NCBI GenBank assembly: GCA_048270185.1
Contig: JBLWTJ010000004.1
Location: 100,605 to 164,604 of the forward strand
Reading direction: 5' to 3'
Length of the DNA: 64,000 nt
Source of the DNA: Bacteriovoracaceae bacterium
GTDB taxonomy: Bacteria > Bdellovibrionota > Bacteriovoracia > Bacteriovoracales > Bacteriovoracaceae
The notes beneath the pieces were generated by a model. That model had not been told where the DNA came from, searched no databases, and was given only the letters and a program-made list of their open reading frames with translations. Positions 9,569-20,442 of this stretch are shown piece after piece (position 1 is the stretch's first letter; every line of letters starts with the position of its first letter). Made by a program: the position numbers and the translations under genes.

Positions 9569-11101
9569 CTAGAAAGTCGCTAATAATGAAACTAGTTGTC
9601 CTACAGAAGCCTTCATCATGTCTAGTAATGGAGTTGGGTAAATACCAAACACGATTACGGCCACACATAGTGGGAGCATGTAGAAGATTTCTCTAGCATT
9701 CATATCTGTATATGATTTGTTTTCTTCAATAACTTCACCAAAGAACATTCTCTTGAACATCCATAGTAGGTAAGCAGCACCAAGAAGAAGACCAATAACT
9801 GCAAGTACAGTAATTGTTGTAAATCTGTTGTAGATCCCTAGGAAAATTAGAGCTTCTGAGATGAAACCTGAAAGACCTGGAAGACCCATTGATGCAAACA
9901 TCGCGATAATGAAAACAATCGAGTACTTTGGAAGTTGTGTATAAAGACCACCAAAACCTTTTGTTCCATCTGGTCTGATAATCCATCTGTGGTGTGATCT
10001 TTCATAAAGAATACCAATAAGAAGGAACATCATTGCAGTTGAAGTACCGTGGTTGAACATCTGAAGAACAGCACCGTTCATACCTTGTACAGTCATTGCA
10101 GCAAGACCTAGCATTACAAACCCCATGTGAGATACAGAAGAGTATGCAACTAACTTTTTAACGTCTGTTTGTGCCATTGCACAGAATGCACCGTAAATTA
10201 CGTTAATTAAACCTAACCATGCGATTGCGTCAGCAAAGTAAACTGAAGCTGATGGGAAGATTGGGAATGCAATTCTTAGGAAACCATAAGTACCCATCTT
10301 AAGTAGTACACCGGCAAGGATAACTGAGATCGCTGTTGGTGCCTGAACGTGTGCGTGTGGTAGCCATGTGTGGAATGGAAATACCGGAACTTTAATTGCG
10401 AAACCGATGAAAAGTGCTACGAAGAATACTTTTGCAAATGGAAGCGCCATTCCGAATAAGTTAACTGTTTCGTTTACAAACTTACCACCTGAAAGTGCTA
10501 AGATATTGAATGAGTCAACTCCTTGACCAGTTACGAAGTATAGAGCAACCATACCAACTAGCATTAGGATTGAACCAAAGAAAGTATATAAGAAGAATTT
10601 AACAGCTGCGTATTCTCTGTTTTCACCACCCCAAATACCAATTAGGAAGAACATTGGGATTAGCATTACTTCCCAGTAAACATAGAAAAGGAAGAAGTCT
10701 AATGAAAGAAAAACACCAAATACAGTCGACTGAAGCATTAGTAGTAATGCGAAGTAACCTTTAACTTGCTTTTTTACTGTCCATGAAGAAAGAATACAGA
10801 TTGCAAAAAGCAGTGAAGTTAAAAGGACCATTGGTAATGAAATACCGTCAATACCTAAGTGGTAGAAGATATTAAATTGTGAAATCCAAGCTTTCTTAAT
10901 AGTAAACATTTCCTGCATACCTGGGACAGAAGTGTCGAATTTTAAGTATAGACACCCTGTTAAAACCATAGTGATCACAGTATTGATTAATGACCATACT
11001 CTGATCGCAGTTTCTTTGGCCTTAGGTAGTAAAAGTACCCCAAGAACACCAATCATAGGCATCCACAGAATCCAACTTAATAGATTAGAATGTGCGCTCA
11101 C
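9569..11101 (-). CDS. nuoM: NADH-quinone oxidoreductase subunit M
   Basis: Motifs LGIDGISL, WEVMLIPMFFLIGIWGG, FAIKVPVFPFHTWLPHAHVQAPT, KKLVAYSSVSHMG. GTG start with an AAGGAG RBS. Confidence 0.97.
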   Translation of the reverse strand: MSAHSNLLSWILWMPMIGVLGVLLLPKAKETAIRVWSLINTVITMVLTGCLYLKFDTSVPGMQEMFTIKKAWISQFNIFYHLGIDGISLPMVLLTSLLFAICILSSWTVKKQVKGYFALLLMLQSTVFGVFLSLDFFLFYVYWEVMLIPMFFLIGIWGGENREYAAVKFFLYTFFGSILMLVGMVALYFVTGQGVDSFNILALSGGKFVNETVNLFGMALPFAKVFFVALFIGFAIKVPVFPFHTWLPHAHVQAPTAISVILAGVLLKMGTYGFLRIAFPIFPSASVYFADAIAWLGLINVIYGAFCAMAQTDVKKLVAYSSVSHMGFVMLGLAAMTVQGMNGAVLQMFNHGTSTAMMFLLIGILYERSHHRWIIRPDGTKGFGGLYTQLPKYSIVFIIAMFASMGLPGLSGFISEALIFLGIYNRFTTITVLAVIGLLLGAAYLLWMFKRMFFGEVIEENKSYTDMNAREIFYMLPLCVAVIVFGIYPTPLLDMMKASVGQLVSLLATF

Positions 11102-11119
11102 TGTAACTCCTTAATTCGC

Positions 11120-13303
11120 TTATAAAGCTAAAATATAACCTAATAGTACTAAAATAATCATAACAATATAGAACTGGATCTTACCGTTTTGGATCGTTCT
11201 TAAGATAACGTTAAAGAAACGTACACTTGCTCCAGTTCCATCAACCATAATTGTATCGACAAATAAATTATCGAACCAAGCTGATACTCTCATAACGAAC
11301 TTCGTTACACCGGCCCAACCATCGATTGCAAATCTGTCATAGACACCCATATCAAACTTAGCAAGAAGGTTGTTAAACGGTAGAAGTCCTTTTTGAATGA
11401 AACCTTTAATATAAAGATCATCCATAAAGTATTTATTTTGAAGAACTCTGTAGTAACGATTAAAAGCATTAACCCAGAACCCAGGATTCCATTTACCCCA
11501 TAGGTACATCATCATCGCAATGAATACACCAGAGAATGCAATCACAATCGACATACCAGCACCAATATAGTGAACTTGGTGTACATGGTGTGCTTCTTCT
11601 TCAGAAAGGCCATATGTTGAGTCATACTTTGACTTTGTGAAAGTACCTTTTTCACGAGCATCAATTTGCCCTAGTTCTTCACGTTTATAGTTTTCAAATT
11701 GACCTTTCTTTGGTTTTTGTACAAGAGTTTGGAACCACTCATACTTTCCATTAGTCTTATCAGCTACTTTTACGAAACCTTGACCAGTTAAAGATCCTGA
11801 GAACCATACACCAAGTGTAAAAACTGCAAGAATTAGAAGAGGTACGTTTCTGTTCCATGAAAGTTTTTCTTCATGACAGTGATCGTAAACTTCTTTATCT
11901 CTTGGCTTCCCGTGGAAAGCTAAGAACATCATACGACACATATAGAATGCAGTAAGAAGTGCACCAGCAAATCCAAGTACAGCTGGAGCAATCATAACTG
12001 GTGAGTGCATTGCTTCAATTAAGGCATCACCTAGAATTCTATCTTTAGATACGAATCCAGAGAAGAATGGGATACCAGCAATAGCAAGAGTACAACACCA
12101 CATTGCAAACCAAGTGAATTTCATTTTATGTCTAAGACCACCCATTCTTGGCATCTCTTGTACGTGAGCATGCGTGTGGTGATCATGTAATGAGTGAATA
12201 ACTGAACCTGCTGCTAGGAATAGACATGCCTTGAAAACAGCGTGTGTAATTAGGTGCATGAAAGCAGCATTATAAGATCCAACACCAATACCTAGAACCA
12301 TGTATCCTAGTTGAGAAATTGTTGAAAATGCTAGAACCGCTTTGAAGTCTGTTTGAACTAGAGCGATTGTTGCAGCACCGAAGGCAGTGATACCACCGAT
12401 ATAAGCAACAACTGTTAGAAGTCCACCAGCATCAAGTAGTGGGTAAATTCTTAGTGAAAGATAAACACCGGCCGCAACCATTGTTGCTGCGTGGATTAGG
12501 GCCGAACATGGAGTTGGACCATTCATGGCATCTGGTAGCCAAACGTTTAATGGGAACTGAGCTGATTTTCCAATTGTTCCCATGAAGATACAGAAACCAG
12601 CAAAAGTAGCTAGTGGAATACCAATAACAGCTTTACCTACTAAACCACCTGCATCGATTGCATTATAAAGATCAACGAAGCTTACAGAACCAACAACCGT
12701 CCAAAGAGCAACAATACCTAGTAAGAAGAAAACATCCCCTACTCTTGTTGTCATGAAGGCCTTAACGTTAGCTGCACCAGCAACTTCTTTCTCGTAGTAG
12801 TGACCAATTAGTGAGTATGAACAGAATCCCATGATCTCCCAGAAGATAAATACTGAAAGTAAGTTATCTGATAGTGCAAGACCAAGCATTGCTGAAGTAA
12901 AGAGTGACATATAAGTGAAGAAACGTCCGTTACGTCCGTAATTCATGTCATCTTTCATATAGTAAGTTGAGAAGATGTGGATCAGAGTAGCAACGGCCGT
13001 AACCATCATTACTAAGATTGCAGTCATGTTATCGATGTAAATACCCATCTTAACTGCGAACTCTTGACCTCCACCGTTTAGATCAAACCAAGTGAATACT
13101 TTGTGAATGTGATAATTAGCTGCATACGTCCCGAAAACGAAGTCGCTAAAAATTCTCCATGCATAAACTGTAGAACCTGCAATTGCCGCACAACTTAACG
13201 TTACCGCTGTTCTCGTAAAACGTGACGCGATAAATGCGTTAATAACGAAAGCAAAGAATGGCAGTAAAACAATTGGAGCAATACTTGATATCGTATAATC
13301 CAT
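11120..13303 (-). CDS. nuoL: NADH-quinone oxidoreductase subunit L
   Basis: Motifs FWEIMGFCSYSLIG, GKSAQFPLNVWLPDAMNGPTPCSALIHAATMV, STISQLGYM, THAVFKACLFL. Confidence 0.97.
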   Translation of the reverse strand: MDYTISSIAPIVLLPFFAFVINAFIASRFTRTAVTLSCAAIAGSTVYAWRIFSDFVFGTYAANYHIHKVFTWFDLNGGGQEFAVKMGIYIDNMTAILVMMVTAVATLIHIFSTYYMKDDMNYGRNGRFFTYMSLFTSAMLGLALSDNLLSVFIFWEIMGFCSYSLIGHYYEKEVAGAANVKAFMTTRVGDVFFLLGIVALWTVVGSVSFVDLYNAIDAGGLVGKAVIGIPLATFAGFCIFMGTIGKSAQFPLNVWLPDAMNGPTPCSALIHAATMVAAGVYLSLRIYPLLDAGGLLTVVAYIGGITAFGAATIALVQTDFKAVLAFSTISQLGYMVLGIGVGSYNAAFMHLITHAVFKACLFLAAGSVIHSLHDHHTHAHVQEMPRMGGLRHKMKFTWFAMWCCTLAIAGIPFFSGFVSKDRILGDALIEAMHSPVMIAPAVLGFAGALLTAFYMCRMMFLAFHGKPRDKEVYDHCHEEKLSWNRNVPLLILAVFTLGVWFSGSLTGQGFVKVADKTNGKYEWFQTLVQKPKKGQFENYKREELGQIDAREKGTFTKSKYDSTYGLSEEEAHHVHQVHYIGAGMSIVIAFSGVFIAMMMYLWGKWNPGFWVNAFNRYYRVLQNKYFMDDLYIKGFIQKGLLPFNNLLAKFDMGVYDRFAIDGWAGVTKFVMRVSAWFDNLFVDTIMVDGTGASVRFFNVILRTIQNGKIQFYIVMIILVLLGYILAL

Positions 13304-13325
13304 TTTCTTTCCTTATATAATTAAA

Positions 13326-13631
13326 TTAACTCTGTAATTCAGTTGCATCATCAATGTGAATCGAATCTTTAACTTGAAAGAATCTAATCACAATGGCTAA
13401 ACCTACGGCCGCTTCAGCTGCGGCAATAATAATAATGAATAGTGACATAATATTTCCGTCAATATTCTGATTAACAAATCTTGTATAAGCAGCAAAGTTT
13501 AGAGCTGCTGCGTTTAAGATAAGTTCAACCCCTAAAAGGATCGCAATAATATTTTTTCTCGCCACCATAACTGCAATACCAGCTAGGAATAAGAAGAAAG
13601 ATACTAAAAGGTAAGAAGATAAAGTGATCAT
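13326..13631 (-). CDS. nuoK: NADH-quinone oxidoreductase subunit K
   Basis: Motifs GVELILNAA and AAAEAAVGLAI. Confidence 0.97.
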   Translation of the reverse strand: MITLSSYLLVSFFLFLAGIAVMVARKNIIAILLGVELILNAAALNFAAYTRFVNQNIDGNIMSLFIIIIAAAEAAVGLAIVIRFFQVKDSIHIDDATELQS

Positions 13632-14161
13632 TTATTTATTCTCCTTGGTCTAGAAATTACGGCTGCACCAACAAGTGCTCCAAGAAGAAGAATCGAAGAG
13701 ATCTCAAATGCAAGAACATGGTCAGTAATTAGCTTCACACCAATTTCCTCTATCGTCGATTGCATATCTTCTAATTGTACGTGTTTTTGAATTTTTAAGA
13801 TTGGAGCGAGAAGCTTCATTAGAATAAAACTCATAATCAGCATCATGATCGCTGCGATTGTATAAGTTTTTGTTGTTCCCATCGCTGCAACTTTCTTAAT
13901 ACCAAACTTGTTATAAGCTTGCTCGATTCCACCAGTTAACATGATGGCAAAAAGCATTAGGATAACAACACCACCAGCGTAAACAACTAATTGAGCTGCC
14001 GCTAAGAAGTCTGCACCTAAAGTTGCATATAAACCGGCCACTCCAAAAAGAGTAAGTAGCAGATAAATACATGAGTGCATTAAGTTTTTCGACACAGCTA
14101 CTAGGAATGCTCCTATAACTGTTGCCGCTGCTGAAAGTAAAAACATTGTGTTAATAAACAT
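13628..14161 (-). CDS. nuoJ: NADH-quinone oxidoreductase subunit J
   Basis: Motifs QLVVYAGGVVILMLFAIML and AFEISSILLLGALVGA. Confidence 0.96.
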   Translation of the reverse strand: MFINTMFLLSAAATVIGAFLVAVSKNLMHSCIYLLLTLFGVAGLYATLGADFLAAAQLVVYAGGVVILMLFAIMLTGGIEQAYNKFGIKKVAAMGTTKTYTIAAIMMLIMSFILMKLLAPILKIQKHVQLEDMQSTIEEIGVKLITDHVLAFEISSILLLGALVGAAVISRPRRINK

Positions 14162-14179
14162 TTCAAATATCCTTAAAGA

Positions 14180-15388
14180 TTAGTGTCCGCCCGCACCTGC
14201 AGAAGCATGTGCGATAACATTTCCTAGTACTGACCAAATTGACTTAGTATCAAATACGTAAAGCCATACAGCACATCCAATTAAATTAAATAGTGCAATA
14301 GGAGTTAAGTACTTCCAACAAAGAACCATTAATGAGTCAACTCTCATTCTTGGAAGTGTCCACCTAATCCAAATAACTACATAATAAAGAAGTAGTGTCT
14401 TTGTAAGGAAAGATCCTAATTGTAGGAAGTTTCCAATTTGTTTTCCAATCATAGGGTGAGCAGATGGAATTAGCTTTGTAACAAATTCACCTGTTCCAAG
14501 TCCGAAAGGAACTTGATATCCACCTAGGAATAAAGCAGCACAAACACCACAAACAACAAATACTTCAATATATTCTGCAAGAGCGAAGAAACCAAACTTC
14601 ATTCCTGTATATTCTGTGTGGTAACCAGAAACTAGTTCCGACTCAGCTTCAGGAAGGTCAAATGGTGCTCTGTTTGTTTCAGCAAGTGCTCCAATAAATA
14701 GAACGAAGAAACCAATGAAAGCAAATGGGTTGTGAAGAACAAACCACTGGTGAGGTAGACCACCTTGAGCTTCTGTAATTGTTTTAAATGAAAGAGAACC
14801 CGTCATGATTACAATTGCAAGAATTGATAATGTTACAGGAACTTCATAAGAGATAATCTGAGATGCACCCCTCATACCACCAAGCATTGACCACTTAGAG
14901 TTTGAAGCATAACCACCTAGGAAAATTCCTACACCTACTAATGATGAAACACCTAGTAAGTAGAAAACACCAATATTAAGGTGAGTAAGAGTAAATCCAC
15001 TTGAGAAAGGTACGACAGCAATTGACATGAACACACCACCAAGCGCTAAGAAAGGCGCAAGGTTAAACATGAATCTGTCCGCTTGTCTTGGTACAACGTC
15101 TTCCTTAAGAATCATCTTCACACCATCAGCTAGGAATTGAAGAAGTCCATAAGGTCCAACTCTGTTTGGTCCCTGTCTCATCTGTAGGTCGGCAGATATT
15201 TTTCTTTCTGCGTACGTACCTAAACCACCAACTGCAGAAAGAGCACCAATGATGATTAATGAGAAAACTAAGAAGATTAAAAAAGTAACGATACCTGTTG
15301 CATCAGTGCCTAATAAATTCGACAGTGCATCCACTGCCATTGAAAAGCCTGGTGCTTGTGATAAATACGATACAATCGTTGAGTTCAT
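14180..15388 (-). CDS. nuoH: NADH-quinone oxidoreductase subunit H
   Basis: Motifs ERKISADLQMRQGPNRVGPYGLLQFLADGVK, AETNRAPFDLPEAESELVSGYHTEY, WIRWTLPRMRVD. Confidence 0.98.
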   Translation of the reverse strand: MNSTIVSYLSQAPGFSMAVDALSNLLGTDATGIVTFLIFLVFSLIIIGALSAVGGLGTYAERKISADLQMRQGPNRVGPYGLLQFLADGVKMILKEDVVPRQADRFMFNLAPFLALGGVFMSIAVVPFSSGFTLTHLNIGVFYLLGVSSLVGVGIFLGGYASNSKWSMLGGMRGASQIISYEVPVTLSILAIVIMTGSLSFKTITEAQGGLPHQWFVLHNPFAFIGFFVLFIGALAETNRAPFDLPEAESELVSGYHTEYTGMKFGFFALAEYIEVFVVCGVCAALFLGGYQVPFGLGTGEFVTKLIPSAHPMIGKQIGNFLQLGSFLTKTLLLYYVVIWIRWTLPRMRVDSLMVLCWKYLTPIALFNLIGCAVWLYVFDTKSIWSVLGNVIAHASAGAGGH

Positions 15389-15804
15389 TATTTATCCTTT
15401 CCATTTGTATTTGGTTGGAAACTTTTAACCCAATCAAGGTCACCTTTTTTCCAGCAATAAACTAAACCTAAACTAAGAATGATGATGAACATTAGAAGTG
15501 ATCCAAGAACTGCACCACCCTGTCCCATTTCGACAAATCTTCTGTAAACACTTGCCACAGGGAACATTAAAGCACCTTCAACATCAAAGATTAAAAATAC
15601 AAGAGCAATAACGTAGAAACGTACGTTAAAGTTAGACCATGCTGTACCAGTTGGCTCTTCACCACACTCGTAAGGAGTGAGTTTAAGTTCAGTTGGATTA
15701 TTTGGTCTAATAAAACTACCAATAAATAACGTACCAACAAAAGCAACCGCTGCTACAACCAATAAAATTAATACCGGCATATAGACGTCAAAGTTTTGCG
15801 ACAT
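15388..15804 (-). CDS. nuoA: NADH-quinone oxidoreductase subunit A
   Basis: Motifs KLTPYECGEEP, FYVIALVFLIFDVE, WKKGDLDW. Confidence 0.98.
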   Translation of the reverse strand: MSQNFDVYMPVLILLVVAAVAFVGTLFIGSFIRPNNPTELKLTPYECGEEPTGTAWSNFNVRFYVIALVFLIFDVEGALMFPVASVYRRFVEMGQGGAVLGSLLMFIIILSLGLVYCWKKGDLDWVKSFQPNTNGKDK

Positions 15805-15970
15805 CGATTTCTCTCCATGTATAAGTAAAGTAAGTTCCCAAATATTACACGATTACTAGCACTTTGGAAATAAATTGGCCCTCTTTTTTTGTGTAATATC
15901 TTCTATTTAGTAACGCATGGGCCAATGCATAAATTCTTTTTTTGAAAAGTTAATTGTGTTAAAAAACATC

Positions 15971-18900
15971 ATGGATTTATTTACACCACTGCGCACAAAA
16001 CTAAACACATGGCTAGACTCAAGGCAACACGACCTTACCATCGACGGTATAAATAGGGAGCACTGGGCATTTATCAAGTTTTTATTTGAGCGAGATAACT
16101 CGCAAAACCAACTATCGAATTTGTTGATTTTTGAAAATTATGATCAAGCAGAGCAGTTTTATGAAATCCTCAAATCCAGCTTCTCGAAAACAAAACTTGT
16201 TTTCTACCCTGGACTAGATGCGTCACCATATTCTGGTATGTATGCGTCAGAAAGTGCACAACTTGCCCGACACGCAGCACTAGAAAGGATAACTCAACTA
16301 AATAATGAAACAGTTAACAAAAATATATTTGTCGTAACTTCCATCGACTCGTTGGCACTAAAAGTTCCGCCATCAAAATTTTTTACAGAAACTCGCTTCA
16401 AGATTTCAGAGTCAGATATAATTTCTCCTGATGAGCTTGCTGGAAAATTAGTTCAGCTTGGCTATTCTTCTTCATTCACTGTTGAGGAACAAGCAACCTT
16501 TTCTAAAAAAGGTGAAATCTTTGATATCTATCCTGTTGGTCATCATCCTATACGTATTCATTATTTTGATGAAATGATTGAAGAAATTTATGAAATCGAC
16601 AAAGAAACTTTAAAAACAATTAAGGCCAATAAAATTGAAAGCCTTACCATCGCGCCAGGTCCGACAATTTTCTGTGCTTCTGAATATGCCAATAATTTAA
16701 GAAATCATCTGCCACGACCAAGGGCCAATCAAAGAGATTTACTCGAAGCTAGAAATGATATTTTCTCCAAACTTTCAAGTGGAATGCTTTTTGAAAATTA
16801 TCCAGTTTATACACCTCTATTTTTTAAAGAAGATGAAGCTCAAACTCTCTTTGATTATATTGATGATAAATGGAGTATCACAATTTTTGATCGTGATAAT
16901 ACTGAGGATAACCTATCTAACTACTTTGATGAACTTGTCAGTGAATTTGAAGATTGTGAAGAACTTATTCCTGAACCAAAATATTTCTATGACTTATCAA
17001 CATTAGATAAGCTTAAAGAAAAGCCAATTCTTAATCTTAACCACTTAAATATAAGTGCTAATCTCGATCACGATGCATCGATAGTTGATTTGAACCTAAG
17101 ACCATTCAAAGGATATATTTCAAATTTTGATATCAATTACCATATTAAAAAAGAATTTCTATCAGGACTCTTTAAACATATTCAAACTGAATTTAAGTAT
17201 TCAGGAAAGATCATTTTCACTACTCAAAATGAAAACTCTAAGAAAGAAATTGATCACCTTATTGAGACATTTGAAGTTGATGGTGAAATTAAAAAAAGAA
17301 TTGAATTCATACCTTTTAAACTAAGTGAAGGATTCTACTACCCAAGTGACAAACTTCTCATCGTTTCAGATAGTGATCTTTTTTCAATTAGACGTGATAA
17401 GGCCAAGGTTTCAAAAATCCACGACTATGACCTTTTTGCAGAACAGTTAGCTTCCCTAAAAGAAGGCGACTACGTCATTCACTCAAAACATGGAATTGGA
17501 AAATATCTTGGTCTTGAGGCAATGGATATTGGTGGTTCAAAAACAGATTACTTAGTCATTCTTTATAAAGGTAACGATAAAGTCTTCGTACCTATTTATA
17601 AGATGAATCTCATACAAAAGCATGCAGGCAGTGAGACGACTGTTGCAGTTGATAGTTTAAGAACAAATAAATTCTCGGCCTTAACTGCAAGAGCAAGAGA
17701 GTCTGTAAAGAAGTTAGCTTTTGACCTATTAAAGCTACAAGCAGAAAGAGCATCCACACCGGCCTTTGCATTCTCACCTCCAGATCACGACTATAAAGAG
17801 TTTGAATTATCATTTCCATTTAATGAAACTCCAGATCAAAAGAATGCCATTGATTCAGTTATTGATAAGATGCAATCGACTGCGGCCATGGACTTCTTAG
17901 TATGTGGAGATGTTGGTTTCGGGAAAACTGAAGTTGCGATGCGTGCTGCATTTAAAGCTGTCCTTGATGGTAAGCAAGTTGCAGTTCTCGTTCCTACAAC
18001 AGTTCTTGCTCTTCAACATTTTAATAGTTTTGTTAAACGCTTTGAGAAATTTCCTGTTCGTCTTGATTACCTCTCACGTTTTAAATCAGGAAAAGAGGAA
18101 AAAGAAACAAAAGAGAAACTTGAAAAAGGTGAAATTGATATTATCGTCGGTACACATAAACTCCTAGGAAAGACGATTAAGTTTAAAGATCTAGGTCTTG
18201 TTGTTGTTGATGAAGAACAACGCTTTGGTGTTGCTCATAAGAATAAACTTAAGCTTTTAAAATCATCCGTGGATTTTTTAACTTTAACTGCGACACCTAT
18301 TCCAAGAACCCTTCAACTTTCATTCTTAGGTTTAAAGGATCTTGCTCTAATTAAGACAGCTCCACCAAGAAGACAAAGTATTAAAACATATGTCATCAAA
18401 GAAGATGATCACACTATTCAAGCGGCCATTAACCGTGAACTTAAACGTGGAGGACAAGTTTTCATTGTTCATAATCGCGTTCAAGATATTGAAGAATATA
18501 CTGCTTATATTCGCGAGCTGGCTCCAGAGGCAAAGATTGTCTACGCCCACGGACAGCTACCAGAGAAAGAATTAGAATCAAGAATTTCGGCATTCTACAA
18601 TGGAGCTTACCAAATTCTAATTTCCACGACGATCATTGAATCAGGAATAGATATACCAAACGCTAACACGATGATTGTCGATCGTGCTGATCGCTACGGT
18701 TTGGCCCAACTTCACCAATTACGCGGGCGTATTGGACGTTCAGACAAGAAAGCATACTGTTACTTCGTGGTTCCAGGAAATCGAAATATTTCTGAAATCG
18801 CGGCCAAGAGGCTCAAGGCCCTCCAAACATATGCGGACATGGGAAGCGGTTTTCAGATTGCAAATTGTGACCTTGAAATTCGTGGTGCAGGAGATATATT

Positions 18901-19462
18901 AGGGGCCCATCAATCAGGGCATATTGAGGCCATTGGGCTTGAACTTTATATGGAGCTTTTAACGGAGGCCATTCAGGAGCTTCGTGGTGAAAAGAAAGTT
19001 CTTTCAAAAGATATTGAGATCAACACGCCATTTGCAGCCTTTATTCCAGCACATTTTATTAGTGAATCAAGTGAGCGTTTAAAATATTACAAGCAATTAT
19101 CAAACTCAAAATCGATTGAAGATATCACAGCACTTAAAGAGACGATCTTTGATATTTACGGCCCTGGTCCGGATGAGTTCAATCAGCTTATCGCAATTCT
19201 TGAAGCACGTTCATATCTTATGCCTTGTGGTGTACGTTCAGCAAAGTTAATTGATAACACCATCATTTTTCAATTTGATGAGAATATGATGAGTAAGAAT
19301 GAGGAGCTTCGAAATAATATCCTTAATAACTTCCTTACAATGACAAGAAAGTATCGTTTCACCCCAGATTACAAACTAATCTACACGCATAAGACGACGA
19401 TATCTCCGAGTTCTTTAGTCGAGTTCTGTCAGGAAATTGCGGAAAAAATAGTTCCATCTTAG
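15971..19462 (+). CDS. mfd: Transcription-repair coupling factor
   Basis: RID region (GDYVIHSKHGIGKYLG), CGDVGFGKTEVAMRAAF, DEEQRFGV, TATPIPRTL, QLRGRIGRS, TRG motif DLEIRGAGDILG. The start may be 15917 (track) or 15971. Confidence 0.97.
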   Translation: MDLFTPLRTKLNTWLDSRQHDLTIDGINREHWAFIKFLFERDNSQNQLSNLLIFENYDQAEQFYEILKSSFSKTKLVFYPGLDASPYSGMYASESAQLARHAALERITQLNNETVNKNIFVVTSIDSLALKVPPSKFFTETRFKISESDIISPDELAGKLVQLGYSSSFTVEEQATFSKKGEIFDIYPVGHHPIRIHYFDEMIEEIYEIDKETLKTIKANKIESLTIAPGPTIFCASEYANNLRNHLPRPRANQRDLLEARNDIFSKLSSGMLFENYPVYTPLFFKEDEAQTLFDYIDDKWSITIFDRDNTEDNLSNYFDELVSEFEDCEELIPEPKYFYDLSTLDKLKEKPILNLNHLNISANLDHDASIVDLNLRPFKGYISNFDINYHIKKEFLSGLFKHIQTEFKYSGKIIFTTQNENSKKEIDHLIETFEVDGEIKKRIEFIPFKLSEGFYYPSDKLLIVSDSDLFSIRRDKAKVSKIHDYDLFAEQLASLKEGDYVIHSKHGIGKYLGLEAMDIGGSKTDYLVILYKGNDKVFVPIYKMNLIQKHAGSETTVAVDSLRTNKFSALTARARESVKKLAFDLLKLQAERASTPAFAFSPPDHDYKEFELSFPFNETPDQKNAIDSVIDKMQSTAAMDFLVCGDVGFGKTEVAMRAAFKAVLDGKQVAVLVPTTVLALQHFNSFVKRFEKFPVRLDYLSRFKSGKEEKETKEKLEKGEIDIIVGTHKLLGKTIKFKDLGLVVVDEEQRFGVAHKNKLKLLKSSVDFLTLTATPIPRTLQLSFLGLKDLALIKTAPPRRQSIKTYVIKEDDHTIQAAINRELKRGGQVFIVHNRVQDIEEYTAYIRELAPEAKIVYAHGQLPEKELESRISAFYNGAYQILISTTIIESGIDIPNANTMIVDRADRYGLAQLHQLRGRIGRSDKKAYCYFVVPGNRNISEIAAKRLKALQTYADMGSGFQIANCDLEIRGAGDILGAHQSGHIEAIGLELYMELLTEAIQELRGEKKVLSKDIEINTPFAAFIPAHFISESSERLKYYKQLSNSKSIEDITALKETIFDIYGPGPDEFNQLIAILEARSYLMPCGVRSAKLIDNTIIFQFDENMMSKNEELRNNILNNFLTMTRKYRFTPDYKLIYTHKTTISPSSLVEFCQEIAEKIVPS

Positions 19463-19545
19463 TGAAATTTATAAGTTTTCTATAAATTTTGGTACAATAT
19501 TCTAAAGTGAGAATTAAATTTCAATAATTTGAAAAGGATATAATT

Positions 19546-20352
19546 ATGTACGCTAAACTCATTTTAGTCTTACTAGTTGCCCTAGCAACACAAGCAGCGC
19601 CTAAAAAAATCGTTGCAACAGTTAATGGTACCAATATTACGAAGGACGAGTTGGATCAAGCCTACCTTCTTAATAAGTACGTTGTGACTAATGATCCAGT
19701 AACAATGAAAACAGTACTAACTGATCTTATTAATAAAAAACTTGGTATTGCTAAAGCAGAAAAGAACAAGCTCGCTAGCGACCCAGTTGTAAAAAGTAAA
19801 CTTGATGAAGTTCTCTTCAATGCTCAAGTATCAAAAGATCTTGAAGGTGAATTTAAAAAGATTAAAGTAACGGATTCAGACGTTCAAAAATTTTACAATG
19901 AATTTCCAGAGTATCGTACAGCTCATATCTTACTGAGAATGAGAGTTGCACCATCTCAAAATGAAGTTGAAGCTGCACAAAAGAAGATTTTTGAAATTCA
20001 TTCACAACTAGAAAAAGAGCCAAATAAATTTGCCGAACTTGCTGATAAGTACTCTCAATCACCAAATGCTCACACAGGTGGAGATGTTGGTTACCAAGCA
20101 GCATTTTTCATGGCACCAGAGTATTTTGCTGCTGTTAAGGGTCAAAAAGCTGGGCATATAACTCGTCCCGTTAGAACTCAACTTGGTTGGCATGTCATCA
20201 AAGTACTAGGTGTAAAGAAGTTTGATGAAATCAATATGGGCGCCTACAAGAAGTTTGTTTACGACAGAAAACGTGATCAAATAATTGATAAGTATTTTGA
20301 GAACTTACGCAAGAGCGCAAAGATCAAAATTCTTGATAAGAATCTACAGTAA
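19546..20352 (+). CDS. Exported parvulin-type peptidyl-prolyl cis-trans isomerase (PpiC/PrsA-like)
   Basis: Signal peptide, VATVNG, AHIL, FAELADKYS, GGDVG, PVRTQLGWHVIK. Confidence 0.92.
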   Translation: MYAKLILVLLVALATQAAPKKIVATVNGTNITKDELDQAYLLNKYVVTNDPVTMKTVLTDLINKKLGIAKAEKNKLASDPVVKSKLDEVLFNAQVSKDLEGEFKKIKVTDSDVQKFYNEFPEYRTAHILLRMRVAPSQNEVEAAQKKIFEIHSQLEKEPNKFAELADKYSQSPNAHTGGDVGYQAAFFMAPEYFAAVKGQKAGHITRPVRTQLGWHVIKVLGVKKFDEINMGAYKKFVYDRKRDQIIDKYFENLRKSAKIKILDKNLQ

Positions 20353-20442
20353 AAAAGCTCAAATAATTTGCACAAGCCTTGTGGGCGCGATAAATTATTG
20401 TTCACTATAAACTATAGCTAGAACGATAATTTAGAGGTGTTC

